A stretch of 62,534 bases of DNA, filler included, from Limisphaerales bacterium (lineage in GTDB: Bacteria; Verrucomicrobiota; Verrucomicrobiia; Limisphaerales; SIBE01), in NCBI GenBank assembly GCA_044225505.1. It is 9 parts of 9 records of this genome, joined end to end, with 100 filler letters (N's around TTAATTAATTAA, not from the genome) between each part and the next. Parts side by side here need not be neighbours in the genome. Positions count along the whole stretch, not along the records: positions 20,519 to 24,345 come from JBGAIN010000323.1; positions 24,446 to 55,580 come from JBGAIN010000094.1; 7 more parts are not named here. One strand, 5' to 3'. Positions 20,419 through 31,324 of this stretch are shown here, in pieces. The stretch's first letter is position 1. Each line of letters begins with the position of its first letter. Both the position numbers and the translations under genes were made by a program. Below the pieces are notes generated by a model, which did not search any database, had not been told where the DNA came from, and was given only the letters and a program-made list of their open reading frames with translations.

Positions 20419-20518
20419 NNNNNNNNNNNNNNNNNNNNNNNNNNNNNNNNNNNNNNNNNNNNTTAATTAATTAANNNNNNNNNNNNNNNNNNNNNNNNNN
20501 NNNNNNNNNNNNNNNNNN
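20419..20518. other. Artificial contig linker
   Basis: N44-TTAATTAATTAA-N44. Confidence 0.99.
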
Positions 20519-20520
20519 AA

Positions 20521-21690
20521 TGCCCTGGCCAGGTCGTCTTGAACTCGTGCGGGTTGCTGCGTTCCTGTCCAGACGGTCAGTTTGCCGTCCGTCCACTCGG
20601 CGACGGCAGCGCGCGGTTCCATCGGTGCATGTTGGATGTAGGCAACGTGGTAAGACTGCCGGTGCGTGGATCCGGCCGCTTGGAGAAGGGAGTCCGGATC
20701 ACCCTGGACCTGACGTCGGCCAGGTTCGGGCGATGCCTTTTTCCGGAGATACTCGTAGAGCTCATCGCTCGATGGGTGCGGGGCTAGCTTCCATCGCGCG
20801 GTCTCGACGGCTTTAGCCAATGCTGCGGCCGCGGTGAAGGAAGAGTCCGCCGCGACGCCGACAAAATCGCCGTCCTGAATTGCCGTAACGCTCGCGATGG
20901 CTCGCGCTGGGGCAAGGTCAATTTCCGTCAACTCGGCGCCATAGGAAGGCGGTCGTAGGACTTTTCCGTAAAGCATGCCAGGACGGACAATGTCCGACGG
21001 ATACTGATGCGCCCCCGTGACAATGGCTGCAGCTCCGACCTTTGGTGTGGCCTGCCCAAGCACCGTCCATTCTTTAACGGCGGTCACTCGGACGTCCGCG
21101 GAAATGCGTTGCTGCCATGCGGCGGTCGGAGACAGGTCCGCGAAAGCGCTGTAATCAAAGTGACGATTCGGTCCTAAGCCTTGAACGGTGCCATCGATGA
21201 CCGACAATCGCGTGGGGTCCACCCCGAACTTCGTGGCCGCGGCTTCAACGAGCGCCTGGCGCGCTGCGGCGCAGGCTTTCCGCACGGCGGGAATGGTCGA
21301 CGGGGTCGTTCGGCTGCCCGCGGTGCCGCCGTCGTCCGGTACGAGGGCCGAATCTGCCATGATCAAGCGAATCCAGTCGATCGGGACGTGCAATTCTTCG
21401 GCTGCGGCTTGGGTAATTTGGGTTCTGGAGCCTTGCCCGATTTCGACTTTGCTCGTCAGGACGGTGAGGCTCTTGTCCTTCCCGATGTGAAGTCTCTGGG
21501 AAAGGCTGAGAGCGGAGTCGCGCCCGGCCCGCTGAGCCAGCGCGGAAGGTGCCGCCATGCCGAAGAGGAGTCCGGCCCCGAGAACTTGGACAAATTCCCG
21601 CCGATCCAGATCGAAATGGTAGAGGGGTGCTTCGCGCAGTTCGTACCGCTCCGGTTCGGAGAATTCATGGTCGAGACGAGGCTGGCTCAT
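20521..21690 (-). CDS. Xanthine-oxidase-family molybdopterin subunit (IorB-like), 3' truncated
   Basis: DRREFVQ Tat-like motif; KVEIGQGSRTQITQAAAEEL; DGGTAGSRTT; HAPMEPRAAVA. Confidence 0.9.
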
Positions 21691-22163
21691 CGGGCTTCCT
21701 TGTGATTGGCGGCCGCACGTTGGACCGCTTTGAGAATGTTCAAATAGCCGCAGCATCGACACAGATTCCCGTTCATGGCATCCAGGATTTGCGTGGGCGT
21801 GGGAGCGGGAATGCGGCGGAGGAGCCCGACCGTGCGCAGGATCATGCCGGGAACGCAGTATCCGCACTGCATAGCGCCTTCGGCAATGAAGGCCTCTTGG
21901 ACCGGATGAAGTTTTGAATCCTTGGCCAGACTCTCGATCGTCTCGATCGTATGTCCCGCGGCTTCCTGGATGGGAGTGACACAGGCGCGGACCGGGTTGC
22001 CGTCCAGCAGGACCGTGCAAGCGCGGCAGTGACCTTCACCGCAGCCAAACTTGGTCCCGGTCAGGCCGAGATCTTCACGCAGGACGTCGAGGAGGGGGCG
22101 CTCAGGGTCCGCAGAGAGCTCCGTGGATCGTCCGTTGACCGTTAGGCGCACGTTGGCTTTCAT
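21687..22163 (-). CDS. 2Fe-2S small subunit (IorA/CoxS-like)
   Basis: GTKFGCGEGHCRACTV, QCGYCVPG and NLCRCCGY; ATGA overlap with the large subunit. Confidence 0.93.
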   Translation of the reverse strand: MKANVRLTVNGRSTELSADPERPLLDVLREDLGLTGTKFGCGEGHCRACTVLLDGNPVRACVTPIQEAAGHTIETIESLAKDSKLHPVQEAFIAEGAMQCGYCVPGMILRTVGLLRRIPAPTPTQILDAMNGNLCRCCGYLNILKAVQRAAANHKEAR

Positions 22164-22424
22164 GGAGTAATGTGACAACAGATAACGCAGGTCTCGAGAG
22201 AAAGATAGCGGGTTTACGCGGGGGGGCGGGCGGAGGTTTGGACCGAAACAGAGCCATTCAGGTGATTGGTCAAACTCGCCTTTCGAGGGGATTTGGACGA
22301 GGGTTGTTTTCTGTAACCGAATGCTCGGGTGGGTGCGTCCAAGGGATTGCAGCTTAGTCTCTGTGAGTCGGACCTGCTTTTGGCGTTGTCTCTGCGGCTG
22401 AACGTGAAAGAATCGTTTGTAGTA

Positions 22425-24344
22425 ATGAAGCAATTCGGCGTTTCCTTGGTTAGCTTGGTGGCAGGGGTGCTCGCCTTCGCTGGGTGTCATTCTAAAGCCG
22501 AAAAGGAGTCGTCGTCTGCGCCATTAGCGCCACCAGAAGCAAAAGCTCCGCCTGTTTCTGTGGAGACGACCAACGAGTATCACGGGGTCGCGGTCGTGGA
22601 TGAGTTTCGCTGGCTGGAGAACGGGACGAATACGAAAGTGCGCGAGTGGAGCGCGTCGCAAAATCAAAGGGCTCGGAGTTATTTGGATGGTCTGCCCGTC
22701 CGGGCACTGTTGGAGGATCGTCTCGCTGATCTGTTGCACGAAGACGCTGCCGATTATTACTCTCTGTGCTGGCGGCGGGGCACACTGTTCGCCATGAAAC
22801 ACCAGCCGCCCGCTGAACAGCCCGTCTTGGTCCGATTGCATTCCTACACGAATCTGGCTTCGGAACGCGTTTTGTTCGATCCCATGAAATGGGAGACGAA
22901 CGGTGCCATGACGGTGGACTGGTACGTGCCGTCGTTAGATGGAAAGCGAATTGCCATCTCCACGTCGCTCCATGGGACTGAAGAAGGAACCTTGCGGATC
23001 ATTCAAGCGACTGATGGAGAGGTGGCTCCCGACATTTTGCCGCGCGTCCAAGCGGCGACGGCAGGCGGTAGCGTGGCTTGGAATGAGGACGCCACGGGGT
23101 TTTATTACACCCGGTATCCCCGCCCTGGGGAACGCCCGACCGAAGACTTGAACTTTTATCAACAGATCTATTTCCACAAGCTCGGCACTCCGACGGAGCA
23201 GGACGTTTACGAGTTGGGGAAGGATTTTCCCAGGATCGCTGAGATCCAATTGAAGAGCAGCCCGGATGGACGGCGGATTTTGGCGACGGTGGCCAATGGA
23301 GATGGAGGAGAATTCGCTCATTATCTGCGAGAACCGACCGGAGGGTGGAGACAGATTGCCGGTTATGACGACCAAATTAAGCAGGCTGAGTTTGGGCGCA
23401 ATCCGCTCTACGTGGAATGGGGTGCCGACCCGGCGCTTTACTTGTTGTCGTGCCGACAAGCGCCGCGCGGGGAAGTGCTGAGGTGGCCATTGGCGGCCGA
23501 CAGTTTGACCAATGCCACGGTGGTGCTTCCCGAAGGGCAGAGCGTGCTCGTCCAGTTCAAGACTGCGGCGAGCGGGCTTGGCTTGGTGCTCATGTCGGGA
23601 GGGCCCTCCCAGTTCGCGTTCTTCGACTTCTTCGATAACAAAGTGCGCAAGGTCGAAGAACGGGCGCCGACCGCCATTCGAGAGATGATTGTCGCCGACG
23701 GAGATGATCTTCTGTTTCGAGCGGAGACCTATACGGAACCGTATGAATGGGTGCATTACAACGCGAGCCGGAGCAAGGATCGTCTCGATGCAACGCCTCT
23801 GGCCGGGAGCGCTCGGGTCAGCTTTGGGGACGTCGAAGTGCTGCGAGAGAAGGTCCCGTCCAAGGACGGAACGTTGATCCCGTTAAACGTGATTCGAAAG
23901 AAGGGAACCCAACTGAACAGTAAGAACCCGACGCTCTTAACCGGATACGGCGGATTCGGAATCAGTCAGGTTCCGAGGTTTGATGTGTCGCGCCGCCCTT
24001 GGTTGGATGCTGGCGGCGTATTTGCGATCGCGAATCTGCGGGGTGGGGGGGAGTTTGGTCAAGAGTGGCACCGGGCGGGCGCATTAACGAATAAACAGAA
24101 TGTCTTCGACGATTTCGCGGCCTGTGCGGCCTTCCTGATCCAGACGAACTACACGTCCGCAGAGCGTTTGGCGATTCGGGGTGGGAGCAATGGCGGTCTG
24201 CTGATGGGGGCGGCACTCACGCAGTATCCGGCGTTATTCCGGGCGGTCGTGGCGCAGGTGGGGCTGTACGATATGCTGCGCGCTGAACTGGACGCCAACG
24301 GCACCTTTAATATCACTGAGTATGGCACCGTCGCGCGGCCTGAA
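22425..24344 (+). CDS. Prolyl oligopeptidase (S9A), lipoprotein, 3' truncated
   Basis: Lipobox LAFAGC; VDEFRWLE; GYGGFG; ANLRGGGEFG; GGSNGGLL catalytic Ser motif. Confidence 0.93.
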
Positions 24345-24345
24345 C

Positions 24346-24445
24346 NNNNNNNNNNNNNNNNNNNNNNNNNNNNNNNNNNNNNNNNNNNNTTAATTAATTA
24401 ANNNNNNNNNNNNNNNNNNNNNNNNNNNNNNNNNNNNNNNNNNNN
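24346..24445. other. Artificial contig linker
   Basis: N44-TTAATTAATTAA-N44. Confidence 0.99.
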
Positions 24446-24446
24446 C

Positions 24447-24893
24447 AAGCTTTCCAGCATCTTAATGTATTTGCCGAGCGTCCTCCTTCATGTGAGCCGC
24501 GGGGTGCGCTGGGACAGCGATCACGTCGTCACGTTTACGGATGAACTACAAGCAATCGCGCGGGAGATCGTGACGCCGAAACACCTCGGACGCATCCACC
24601 TTGGCTTGGACTATTTCGACGCCAGCATCAATCGCGTGGCCGCGTGGGTCATCGGAACTCGCAATCTACTGCGTGCTCTGCTCCTGGCGCTGCTCGAGCC
24701 GAGCACCCAGTTGCGCGCGATCGAGGACGCTGGAGATCTCACTGGGCGCCTCGCATTGCAGGAAGAGTTGAAAGCAATGCCGTTCGGCGCTGTCTGGGAC
24801 TTCTACTGCGAATCTCACGAGGTCCCCTGCGGCGCGAGTTGGCTACAGGAGATTAAACGCTACGAGTCGGAGATTCTCAGCCAGCGTCGGTAG
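24447..24893 (+). CDS. rhaA: L-rhamnose isomerase, C-terminal part
   Basis: [16 protein letters not shown] and [21 protein letters not shown]. Confidence 0.93.
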   Translation, partial: KLSSILMYLPSVLLHVSRGVRWDSDHVVTFTDELQAIAREIVTPKHLGRIHLGLDYFDASINRVAAWVIGTRNLLRALLLALLEPSTQLRAIEDAGDLTGRLALQEELKAMPFGAVWDFYCESHEVPCGASWLQEIKRYESEILSQRR

Positions 24894-24908
24894 GTGCGGC
24901 ATTTCGGC

Positions 24909-27188
24909 ATGAGCCCTGGTAATCCCCGCCCCGACCGCGAATTACTGAAAGCCGTCGCGCGCCGTGATCCCGAGGGGTTCCACGCTTTACTGCACCAGTA
25001 TCTTCGCTTGGTTTGGGGGATTGCCTTCCGGCAACTTGAGGACCCTGGCCTGGCGGAAGAAGTGACCGCCGCGGTGTTCGTCACTCTGGTTGCCATCGCG
25101 CACCGGTTGCCCCGCAAGACACCCCTGGCTTCTTGGCTTCTCGAGACAACTCTCAGTTCCGTGAAGCGGTGTCGGAAGCTGGCCCGTGCGCAAGGGCGAT
25201 CCGCGTTGCCGCTGCGTCCAATGGAATCTGGGCCAACCCCGGATGCCGAAGTTTGGGATTCGGTGGGACCGGTTCTGGATCGAGCGGTGCAGCGTCTCTC
25301 GGCCAAGGTTCGTGTCGTAGTGCTACTTCGATGTTTCCTAGGTCTGAGCGTGGAGGAAGCTGCGACAGTCCTGCGCGCCAGGAAGCGTCGCATTCAGAAG
25401 CGTGCGGAGCGCGGTCAGGCTCGACTGTTGCGCCGATTGCGACGGTGGAACCGGGATCTCGATGCGGGACGCCTGGAGGCGAGTCTCGGCCAACATGCCT
25501 GTGGGATCGTCCCTGAGGGGGTGTTTCAGCGGGTTCTTGAGGGGACGAAGGATTCTTACGGACGACGTCCGAGAGAGCCGCTGGCACGCCGTACCTTCGG
25601 GGCCGCGGCTTGGCGGCGCTGGCGTCAGTTGTTCCGGGTGCCGGCATATGGACTGGCGCTGCTCTTAGCATTGGTTGGGTTTGTGGCCGCCACGATGGCG
25701 ACGTTGTGGAAGACCGGGTACCTGCTGCCGCTGATCGTGGAAATCAGCTCGCGCGCGCAACTTCGGCAAATGCCGGAGCTTGCCGAGCCTGCTCAGCCTT
25801 GGGAACCCACGCGGGCCACCACTCCAGCGGTGGCAGCCGTGGCGCAACGCGCAGACGAGCTCTATCAAACCGGGCGTATTTGGATGGCGCATATCACCTT
25901 TTCCCAGACAGAGTGGGCGAAGGTTCAACCCAACCGCGTGCCGCCCGTTAAGGACCTGCTCGGCCAGGACGGAACGGTCACTTTGCGTAATCCCAAGGCG
26001 CAGCGCAATGGCATCGCAGGTGCGCTCGGGTTCGACTATGATTGGGCATCCGGAAGCTGCGAAGTCGGGGGAGTACGCTTCACGAATGTGGCCATCCGCA
26101 TGCGAGGGAATGGTAGTTACCTTTCTGCTCGCCATAAATCCAAGAACTCCTGGAAAGTGGATCTCGACAAGTTCCAATCTGACCAAGGCTGGAAGGATCT
26201 CAAGACGCTGAATTTCTTGAACATGATTGAGGATCGTTCCTACATGCATGATGCCTTGGGTTACGAGATATTCGCCAGTGCTGCGGTGCCCACGCCGCGA
26301 ACCTCATACGCATGGATGACTCTCAGCGTCGACGGACAATGGACACGTAAACCCCTCGGGCTCTACCTCCTGGTCGAGAACGTGGACAGCCGTTTTGGGG
26401 TTGCCCGGTTCGGCTCCAAGAAGACAGCGATCTTCAAACCCGTAACTCCCACCTTATTCAAAGACCTTGGGAACGATTGGGCGGCTTACCAACCTGTTTA
26501 TGATCCCAAAACCAAGATCTCGACTCAGCACGAACAGCAGGTCATACGCTTTTCGCAGTTGCTCACGCACGCTGGCGACGAGGAGTTCGTCAGGCGGGTC
26601 GGGGAGTTCCTCGATCTGGAAGAGTTCGCGAGATTTATGGCCGCTCTGGTTCTCGTCGCTAACTACGACAGCCTGCTTTCTTACGGTCAGAACTATTACA
26701 TGTACTTGGACCCGCGGACGGAGAAGTTCGGGTTCATTCCGTGGGATCTCGACCAGGCTTGGGGGAGCTTCCCGCACTTTGGATCAGCCGCGGCTCGCGA
26801 ACGGAACAACCTTTGGCATCCGTGGATCGGGCCGAATCGCTTCCTGGAACGAGTGTTTCAAGTGCCCGAGTTCCAGCGACTTTACCGCCAGGCTTTGGAC
26901 CAACTGCTGACCCGCAGCTTCGTGCCTGAATCTCTGGGGCGCCGTATCGACGAGATCGCCGGCCAGATCCGCCCCGCGGTGGCTGCCGAATCAAAGTTTC
27001 GCTTACGCCTCTTCGACCAGGCGATCTCGGATCAGTGGCTCCCAGGAGAACGCGACGGCGGCGATGGACCCGGGCGCCCTGTGCACCAGCTCAAGCGCTT
27101 TATTTCCCAGCGCGCCAAGTCAGCTCGGCAGCAGTTGAACGGCAGGTCGCGAGGGGTCCAACTCGAAGCTAACGGAGACTGGGAATAG
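24909..27188 (+). CDS. ECF sigma factor fused via a TM helix to a CotH kinase domain
   Basis: Sigma2 (DRELLKAVARRDPEGF...AEEVTAAVF...LASWL), sigma4 (VLLRCFLGLSVEEAATVL), TM helix, then CotH (RMRGNGS, GLYLLVENVD, NYYMY, IPWDLDQAWG). Confidence 0.85.
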   Translation: MSPGNPRPDRELLKAVARRDPEGFHALLHQYLRLVWGIAFRQLEDPGLAEEVTAAVFVTLVAIAHRLPRKTPLASWLLETTLSSVKRCRKLARAQGRSALPLRPMESGPTPDAEVWDSVGPVLDRAVQRLSAKVRVVVLLRCFLGLSVEEAATVLRARKRRIQKRAERGQARLLRRLRRWNRDLDAGRLEASLGQHACGIVPEGVFQRVLEGTKDSYGRRPREPLARRTFGAAAWRRWRQLFRVPAYGLALLLALVGFVAATMATLWKTGYLLPLIVEISSRAQLRQMPELAEPAQPWEPTRATTPAVAAVAQRADELYQTGRIWMAHITFSQTEWAKVQPNRVPPVKDLLGQDGTVTLRNPKAQRNGIAGALGFDYDWASGSCEVGGVRFTNVAIRMRGNGSYLSARHKSKNSWKVDLDKFQSDQGWKDLKTLNFLNMIEDRSYMHDALGYEIFASAAVPTPRTSYAWMTLSVDGQWTRKPLGLYLLVENVDSRFGVARFGSKKTAIFKPVTPTLFKDLGNDWAAYQPVYDPKTKISTQHEQQVIRFSQLLTHAGDEEFVRRVGEFLDLEEFARFMAALVLVANYDSLLSYGQNYYMYLDPRTEKFGFIPWDLDQAWGSFPHFGSAAARERNNLWHPWIGPNRFLERVFQVPEFQRLYRQALDQLLTRSFVPESLGRRIDEIAGQIRPAVAAESKFRLRLFDQAISDQWLPGERDGGDGPGRPVHQLKRFISQRAKSARQQLNGRSRGVQLEANGDWE

Positions 27189-27251
27189 AGGAAATCTGCT
27201 TGCCCCGTTTGTCACCAGAGGCTTTGATAAGGGTAGTCACCAAACCATCCT

Positions 27252-28034
27252 ATGAACGCAACGGCTTCCGTCTGCGGCTTTCCTCCGAGCCAACCTGTGC
27301 GGCGAACTCTTTGGCAGGGCGGATTCACTCTGATCGAGCTATTGGTCGTAATCGCCATCATCGCGATATTGGCAGGGATGCTTCTGCCCGCCCTGGCCAA
27401 TGCGAAAGAAAAAGCGACGCGAACTTTCTGCGTTAATAACAACAAGCAGCTGGCGTTGGCCATGCTCATGTATGCCGATGACAATCGCGATTATATGCCG
27501 TGGCCCAACTGGGCCAACGATTACGGGCCTGGATGGCTTTATATGCCCGTGGGCGGCCGCGCTCCTGACCCAGTGAAGACCAACGAGTGGACCTATGTCG
27601 AACGCGGGCTCTACTGGCCTTTCTTGAAGGAACGCAAGGTTTACAATTGCCCGCTCGATCGCACCAATGATGTCTCCTGGCAAAAGCGTTCCCAGCGTGT
27701 CTCGAGCTATGTCATGAATGGCGCTGTCTGCGCGTTTGGTCGTTTCGCCAATGGCAAGACTTACAAGCTGACTCAGTTCAACCCGTCCGCCTATGCCTTT
27801 TGGGAACCCGATATTAAGAAATTCGGCTCCACGTGGGGCGCCAATAGCGGTTTTGATGCCAGCCAATACCCGAGCGAGGAAGAAGGCGTCGGGCGGCGGC
27901 ACAGGAAAGGAGCGGTCATCACCGGGTTTAGTGGACAGGTGCATTTTATCAAGTTCGAGACTTTTCAGACGGAGCAAAAGCAGAATCGTCCAGGCTTACT
28001 TTGGTGTGTGCCGGATACCGCATCCGGCCAATGA
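27252..28034 (+). CDS. Prepilin-type N-terminal cleavage/methylation protein (DUF1559-like)
   Basis: [39 protein letters not shown]; degenerate H-X9-DG ([15 protein letters not shown]). Confidence 0.9.
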   Translation: MNATASVCGFPPSQPVRRTLWQGGFTLIELLVVIAIIAILAGMLLPALANAKEKATRTFCVNNNKQLALAMLMYADDNRDYMPWPNWANDYGPGWLYMPVGGRAPDPVKTNEWTYVERGLYWPFLKERKVYNCPLDRTNDVSWQKRSQRVSSYVMNGAVCAFGRFANGKTYKLTQFNPSAYAFWEPDIKKFGSTWGANSGFDASQYPSEEEGVGRRHRKGAVITGFSGQVHFIKFETFQTEQKQNRPGLLWCVPDTASGQ

Positions 28035-28107
28035 AGCGGGCCGGGATCAGGCCGAAGTCGCCAGATTCAGGACGCGTTAACCCACATTCGCCGTCCCTGG
28101 CAAATCC

Positions 28108-28728
28108 CTACGGGGTGCCGTTCGCTGTGATCGGAGACTGAAAGCTGCTGGCCGGTTCGGCGCGATACGCCGGGTTGGGCCGTGACCAGGCCGGAGCGCG
28201 GATCATCCAGTAAATCCAGAAGATCGCGATCACTCCAGCTACCATCCCAATTCCGACCTTCCGCCCCTGCGACGTCTGCCACCAACGCGCGAATTCCCCA
28301 GATCGCGCGAGTTGAGCCGTTTCCTCGTTGGGCTTTCCCGCGGATTGGGCGTGAGCCCAAACCGTCGACCAGTCGACCGCTTCACACGCTCCAAAGACCA
28401 GTTCGACGTAGAGAGATGGGCATCCCGGCGTCACACAATAGCCTCGGCGCAACCGCATCGTCCCGGCGCGGTTGGGGCAGGGAGGCTCGGACAAAAGGGC
28501 GTTCACCAGCTCTGAACCATCCACGACCGTCCCGCATTGACTGCAGCGCAAGGCGACAGCGCCGCGCAGTAGATTCGGAATCTGTGCGGCCTGCACCCCG
28601 TGTTGGGCCAGGGTGTCTGGCAAGCATCGGTAAGAGTCGCTCAGATTGTAGATCGAGACGGAGGCACGAAACGCCGTTCTTTGGCCTTGTAGGAGATCTT
28701 CGGGGTTGGTGGACATAGGCAAATTCAT
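28108..28728 (-). CDS. Hypothetical protein with CxxC/CxxxxC motifs and a C-terminal TM helix
   Basis: ATGA overlap with the upstream pilin-like gene; CSQC and CVTPGC motifs; [19 protein letters not shown]. Confidence 0.65.
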   Translation of the reverse strand: MNLPMSTNPEDLLQGQRTAFRASVSIYNLSDSYRCLPDTLAQHGVQAAQIPNLLRGAVALRCSQCGTVVDGSELVNALLSEPPCPNRAGTMRLRRGYCVTPGCPSLYVELVFGACEAVDWSTVWAHAQSAGKPNEETAQLARSGEFARWWQTSQGRKVGIGMVAGVIAIFWIYWMIRAPAWSRPNPAYRAEPASSFQSPITANGTP

Positions 28729-29615
28729 TGCGGTTTGTACCACATCCAGTCTTTCGTCTCTTCATAGGGATAGCGCGGGTCCGTCTGAAGAGCCTCGGAG
28801 AAATTGTGTATTTGCACATGCCCATCGACAAAGAGGACCGGCGAAAAAAACAGCGGTGGTGCCCGTTTGATGTCGCCGATGTCGGATGCCTGCCTGCGGT
28901 AATGCCACTGATACCATTCCACGCTCCCATCCCCGCAGCCATAGACCCGCGCGGGCGGTTCGTGGACCGCGATGAATTTGACCGGATTCGGCACCCAGCC
29001 AGCGTTGTGCCCTCCAAGATCTGCCTGGAATTGCTCGACATTCACCTCGCGGCCGGAGGAAACGAGCTCTCCACTTTGCCATTGCGCCGACGCGCTTAGC
29101 CGCAACCCGCCTCCCGTCAGCGTGGAGAGCGGCCCGCTATTGTAGTGGTAGCTACACCCAACGGTTGCCCAGTTCGACGGCTTTTGATTGGGAGAACGGC
29201 AAGGCAGGATCCGCTGACCCGCATCGCGCGGACAGCGAAAGACCTGGGAATTGCGCACCAGAGGGTAGAGAGGCCGGACTTCCGCTGTGAGGTAAACGTC
29301 CTTGAATGAAGCGGCAGGTTCTTGGCCCCCGAGAACGTAAGTGGTCCATTTCTCGTCGCCATTCTTTTCCCTGGCACGCGGTCCGGGGAAGCGGGCGCGT
29401 GAGTCGTCTTGCTGGTAGAGCTCGAGGCAAACTCCGATCTGTCTCAAGTTGTTCAAGCAGACGGTGGCTTTCGCTCGCTCCTGGGCTCGGCTCAGGGCGG
29501 GCAAGAGCAGCCCGGCCAGAATGCCGATAATGGCGATCACGACGAGGAGTTCGACGAGCGTAAAGGCGTGAAGTCCGAACGGAGGGTTGCCAGCGGGCCT
29601 GGGGTGGCGCGACAT
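28725..29615 (-). CDS. Prepilin-type N-terminal cleavage/methylation protein (DUF1559-like)
   Basis: [48 protein letters not shown]. Confidence 0.9.
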   Translation of the reverse strand: MSRHPRPAGNPPFGLHAFTLVELLVVIAIIGILAGLLLPALSRAQERAKATVCLNNLRQIGVCLELYQQDDSRARFPGPRAREKNGDEKWTTYVLGGQEPAASFKDVYLTAEVRPLYPLVRNSQVFRCPRDAGQRILPCRSPNQKPSNWATVGCSYHYNSGPLSTLTGGGLRLSASAQWQSGELVSSGREVNVEQFQADLGGHNAGWVPNPVKFIAVHEPPARVYGCGDGSVEWYQWHYRRQASDIGDIKRAPPLFFSPVLFVDGHVQIHNFSEALQTDPRYPYEETKDWMWYKPQ

Positions 29616-29755
29616 ATTGACAGATGTCGCATTAAAAACGACCATTGTCAATATACAAATGGCGCCCACTCCTTGGTCCGCTTGGTCCGCGGCCCTGGAT
29701 TACCGAGGCGCTGAATGCAAGCTTTCCCGTCGCCTGGCGAACGACAAAAGACCGG

Positions 29756-31102
29756 TCAAGGCCGCACGCTCGTGCCGTCTCGTCGCCGGACGGGCTCCCA
29801 GTAGGCTGGACGGTCGGGATAAGGGAACTTCTTGGCCAGTTCTTCGTTCAGGTCGACGCCCCAGCCAGGCGCTTCGTTGACGTAAAAGTAGCCATTCTTC
29901 AGAGTGGGGCATCCCGGGAATACCTCGCGCGTGCTATCTCGGAAGACCATCGACTCTTGAATACCAAAGTTGGGAATGGCCAGGTCCAGATGAAGATTGC
30001 AGGCGTGTCCAACGGGCGACACGTCTCCCGGACCGTGCCAAGCCGAACGGACCCCAAACCATTCCGCGAGGGTGGCGATCTTCCGCGCCACGGTTAAGCC
30101 GCCGACTTGAGAAAGATGGACGCGGATGAAGTCGATCAGCCGGTCCGAAATAAGGCCGACCCACTCGTGAGGACTGTTAAATAGTTCCCCCATGGCGATC
30201 GGCGTGGCGCACTGTTGGCGGAGGAGTTTGAAATAGCTGTTTTGTTCTGGGGCAAATGGGTCTTCGACAAAAAAAGGACGATACTTTTCCAACTCTTTGC
30301 AGAGGTTGAGCGCGTCGATCGGTTCGATGCGCTCGTGGACGTCGTGCAAAAGGGCTAATTCATCGCCAAACTTGTTCCGAATCGTTTCGAAGGCTCTGGG
30401 CGTGATGCGCAGATAGGGTTTGGAGTCCATGTGCGTGTCATTGGGCATCCCATAGCCAGCCTCTTTAAAATCCGGAGTTCCGGAAAGGTGAGGGGAACCA
30501 TAGCCACCCACCTGAATGCGAATGTGACGAAAGCCACGTTCTTTGTTCTGGGCGACAGAGTCCTCGAGTTCTTTGAGGTCGCGTCCGCTGGAATGGGCGT
30601 AACAGTCGACGGCAAACCGGCATTTCCCACCAAGAAGTTGGTAGACAGGCATCCCCGCGCGTTTAGCCTTAATGTCCCACAGCGCCATGTCCAGCCCGCT
30701 CAAAGCGTTATTCAAAACCGGACCGTTTCGCCAGTACGAGCTGGTATACGCAGTCTGCCAGATATCCTCGATGTTGTCCGCATCACGACCGCGACAGAAC
30801 GGATCCAGATACTCTTCGACGGCCGTTTTCACGGTGAGCGGACGCTGTTGAAATGTCCCGCATCCGAGCCCATACAACCCGGGTTCGCTCGTTTCCACCT
30901 TGACGACGAGGAGGCGAATGCCTTGAGGCGCTGTTAGAATTGGACGGACCTTGGTAATTTTGACCGGAGCCGTCCCGCGGAGGCTTTTCTCGACCGTCTC
31001 CTGCACGGCTGGGTCTGCTTGGAGAACGGCGGAGCCAGCCGAGCCTAAGCCTGCCACAGCTGCCCCGTGCGAGAGGTGCTGCATGAAAGTTCTTCGATTC
31101 AT
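29756..31102 (-). CDS. Enolase-superfamily acid-sugar dehydratase (RspA/ManD-like) with Tat signal
   Basis: MNRRTF signal; YWRNGPV; DMALWDIKAK; LLHDVHER; EDP; MGEL; WHGPGDVSP. Confidence 0.9.
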   Translation of the reverse strand: MNRRTFMQHLSHGAAVAGLGSAGSAVLQADPAVQETVEKSLRGTAPVKITKVRPILTAPQGIRLLVVKVETSEPGLYGLGCGTFQQRPLTVKTAVEEYLDPFCRGRDADNIEDIWQTAYTSSYWRNGPVLNNALSGLDMALWDIKAKRAGMPVYQLLGGKCRFAVDCYAHSSGRDLKELEDSVAQNKERGFRHIRIQVGGYGSPHLSGTPDFKEAGYGMPNDTHMDSKPYLRITPRAFETIRNKFGDELALLHDVHERIEPIDALNLCKELEKYRPFFVEDPFAPEQNSYFKLLRQQCATPIAMGELFNSPHEWVGLISDRLIDFIRVHLSQVGGLTVARKIATLAEWFGVRSAWHGPGDVSPVGHACNLHLDLAIPNFGIQESMVFRDSTREVFPGCPTLKNGYFYVNEAPGWGVDLNEELAKKFPYPDRPAYWEPVRRRDGTSVRP

Positions 31103-31324
31103 AGAGAATATGCGGTACGCGTCGGCCACGCTGCCCGGAGCATCGGACACATGCGCTCCAGCGCGTAGGCCTCTTGAACAATCAACGGGTACGAGCGAAA
31201 GGTTCTCAGGTCCGTGCCGAGAAACAACCCTAAAGCGAGAGACTATCGTGCGGGGCGGACAACGCAGGTCGGATCCAGCTGGGGCGAGACGCGTGCCTCG
31301 ATGTTGCTCTTGCTCCCTCGGTCC

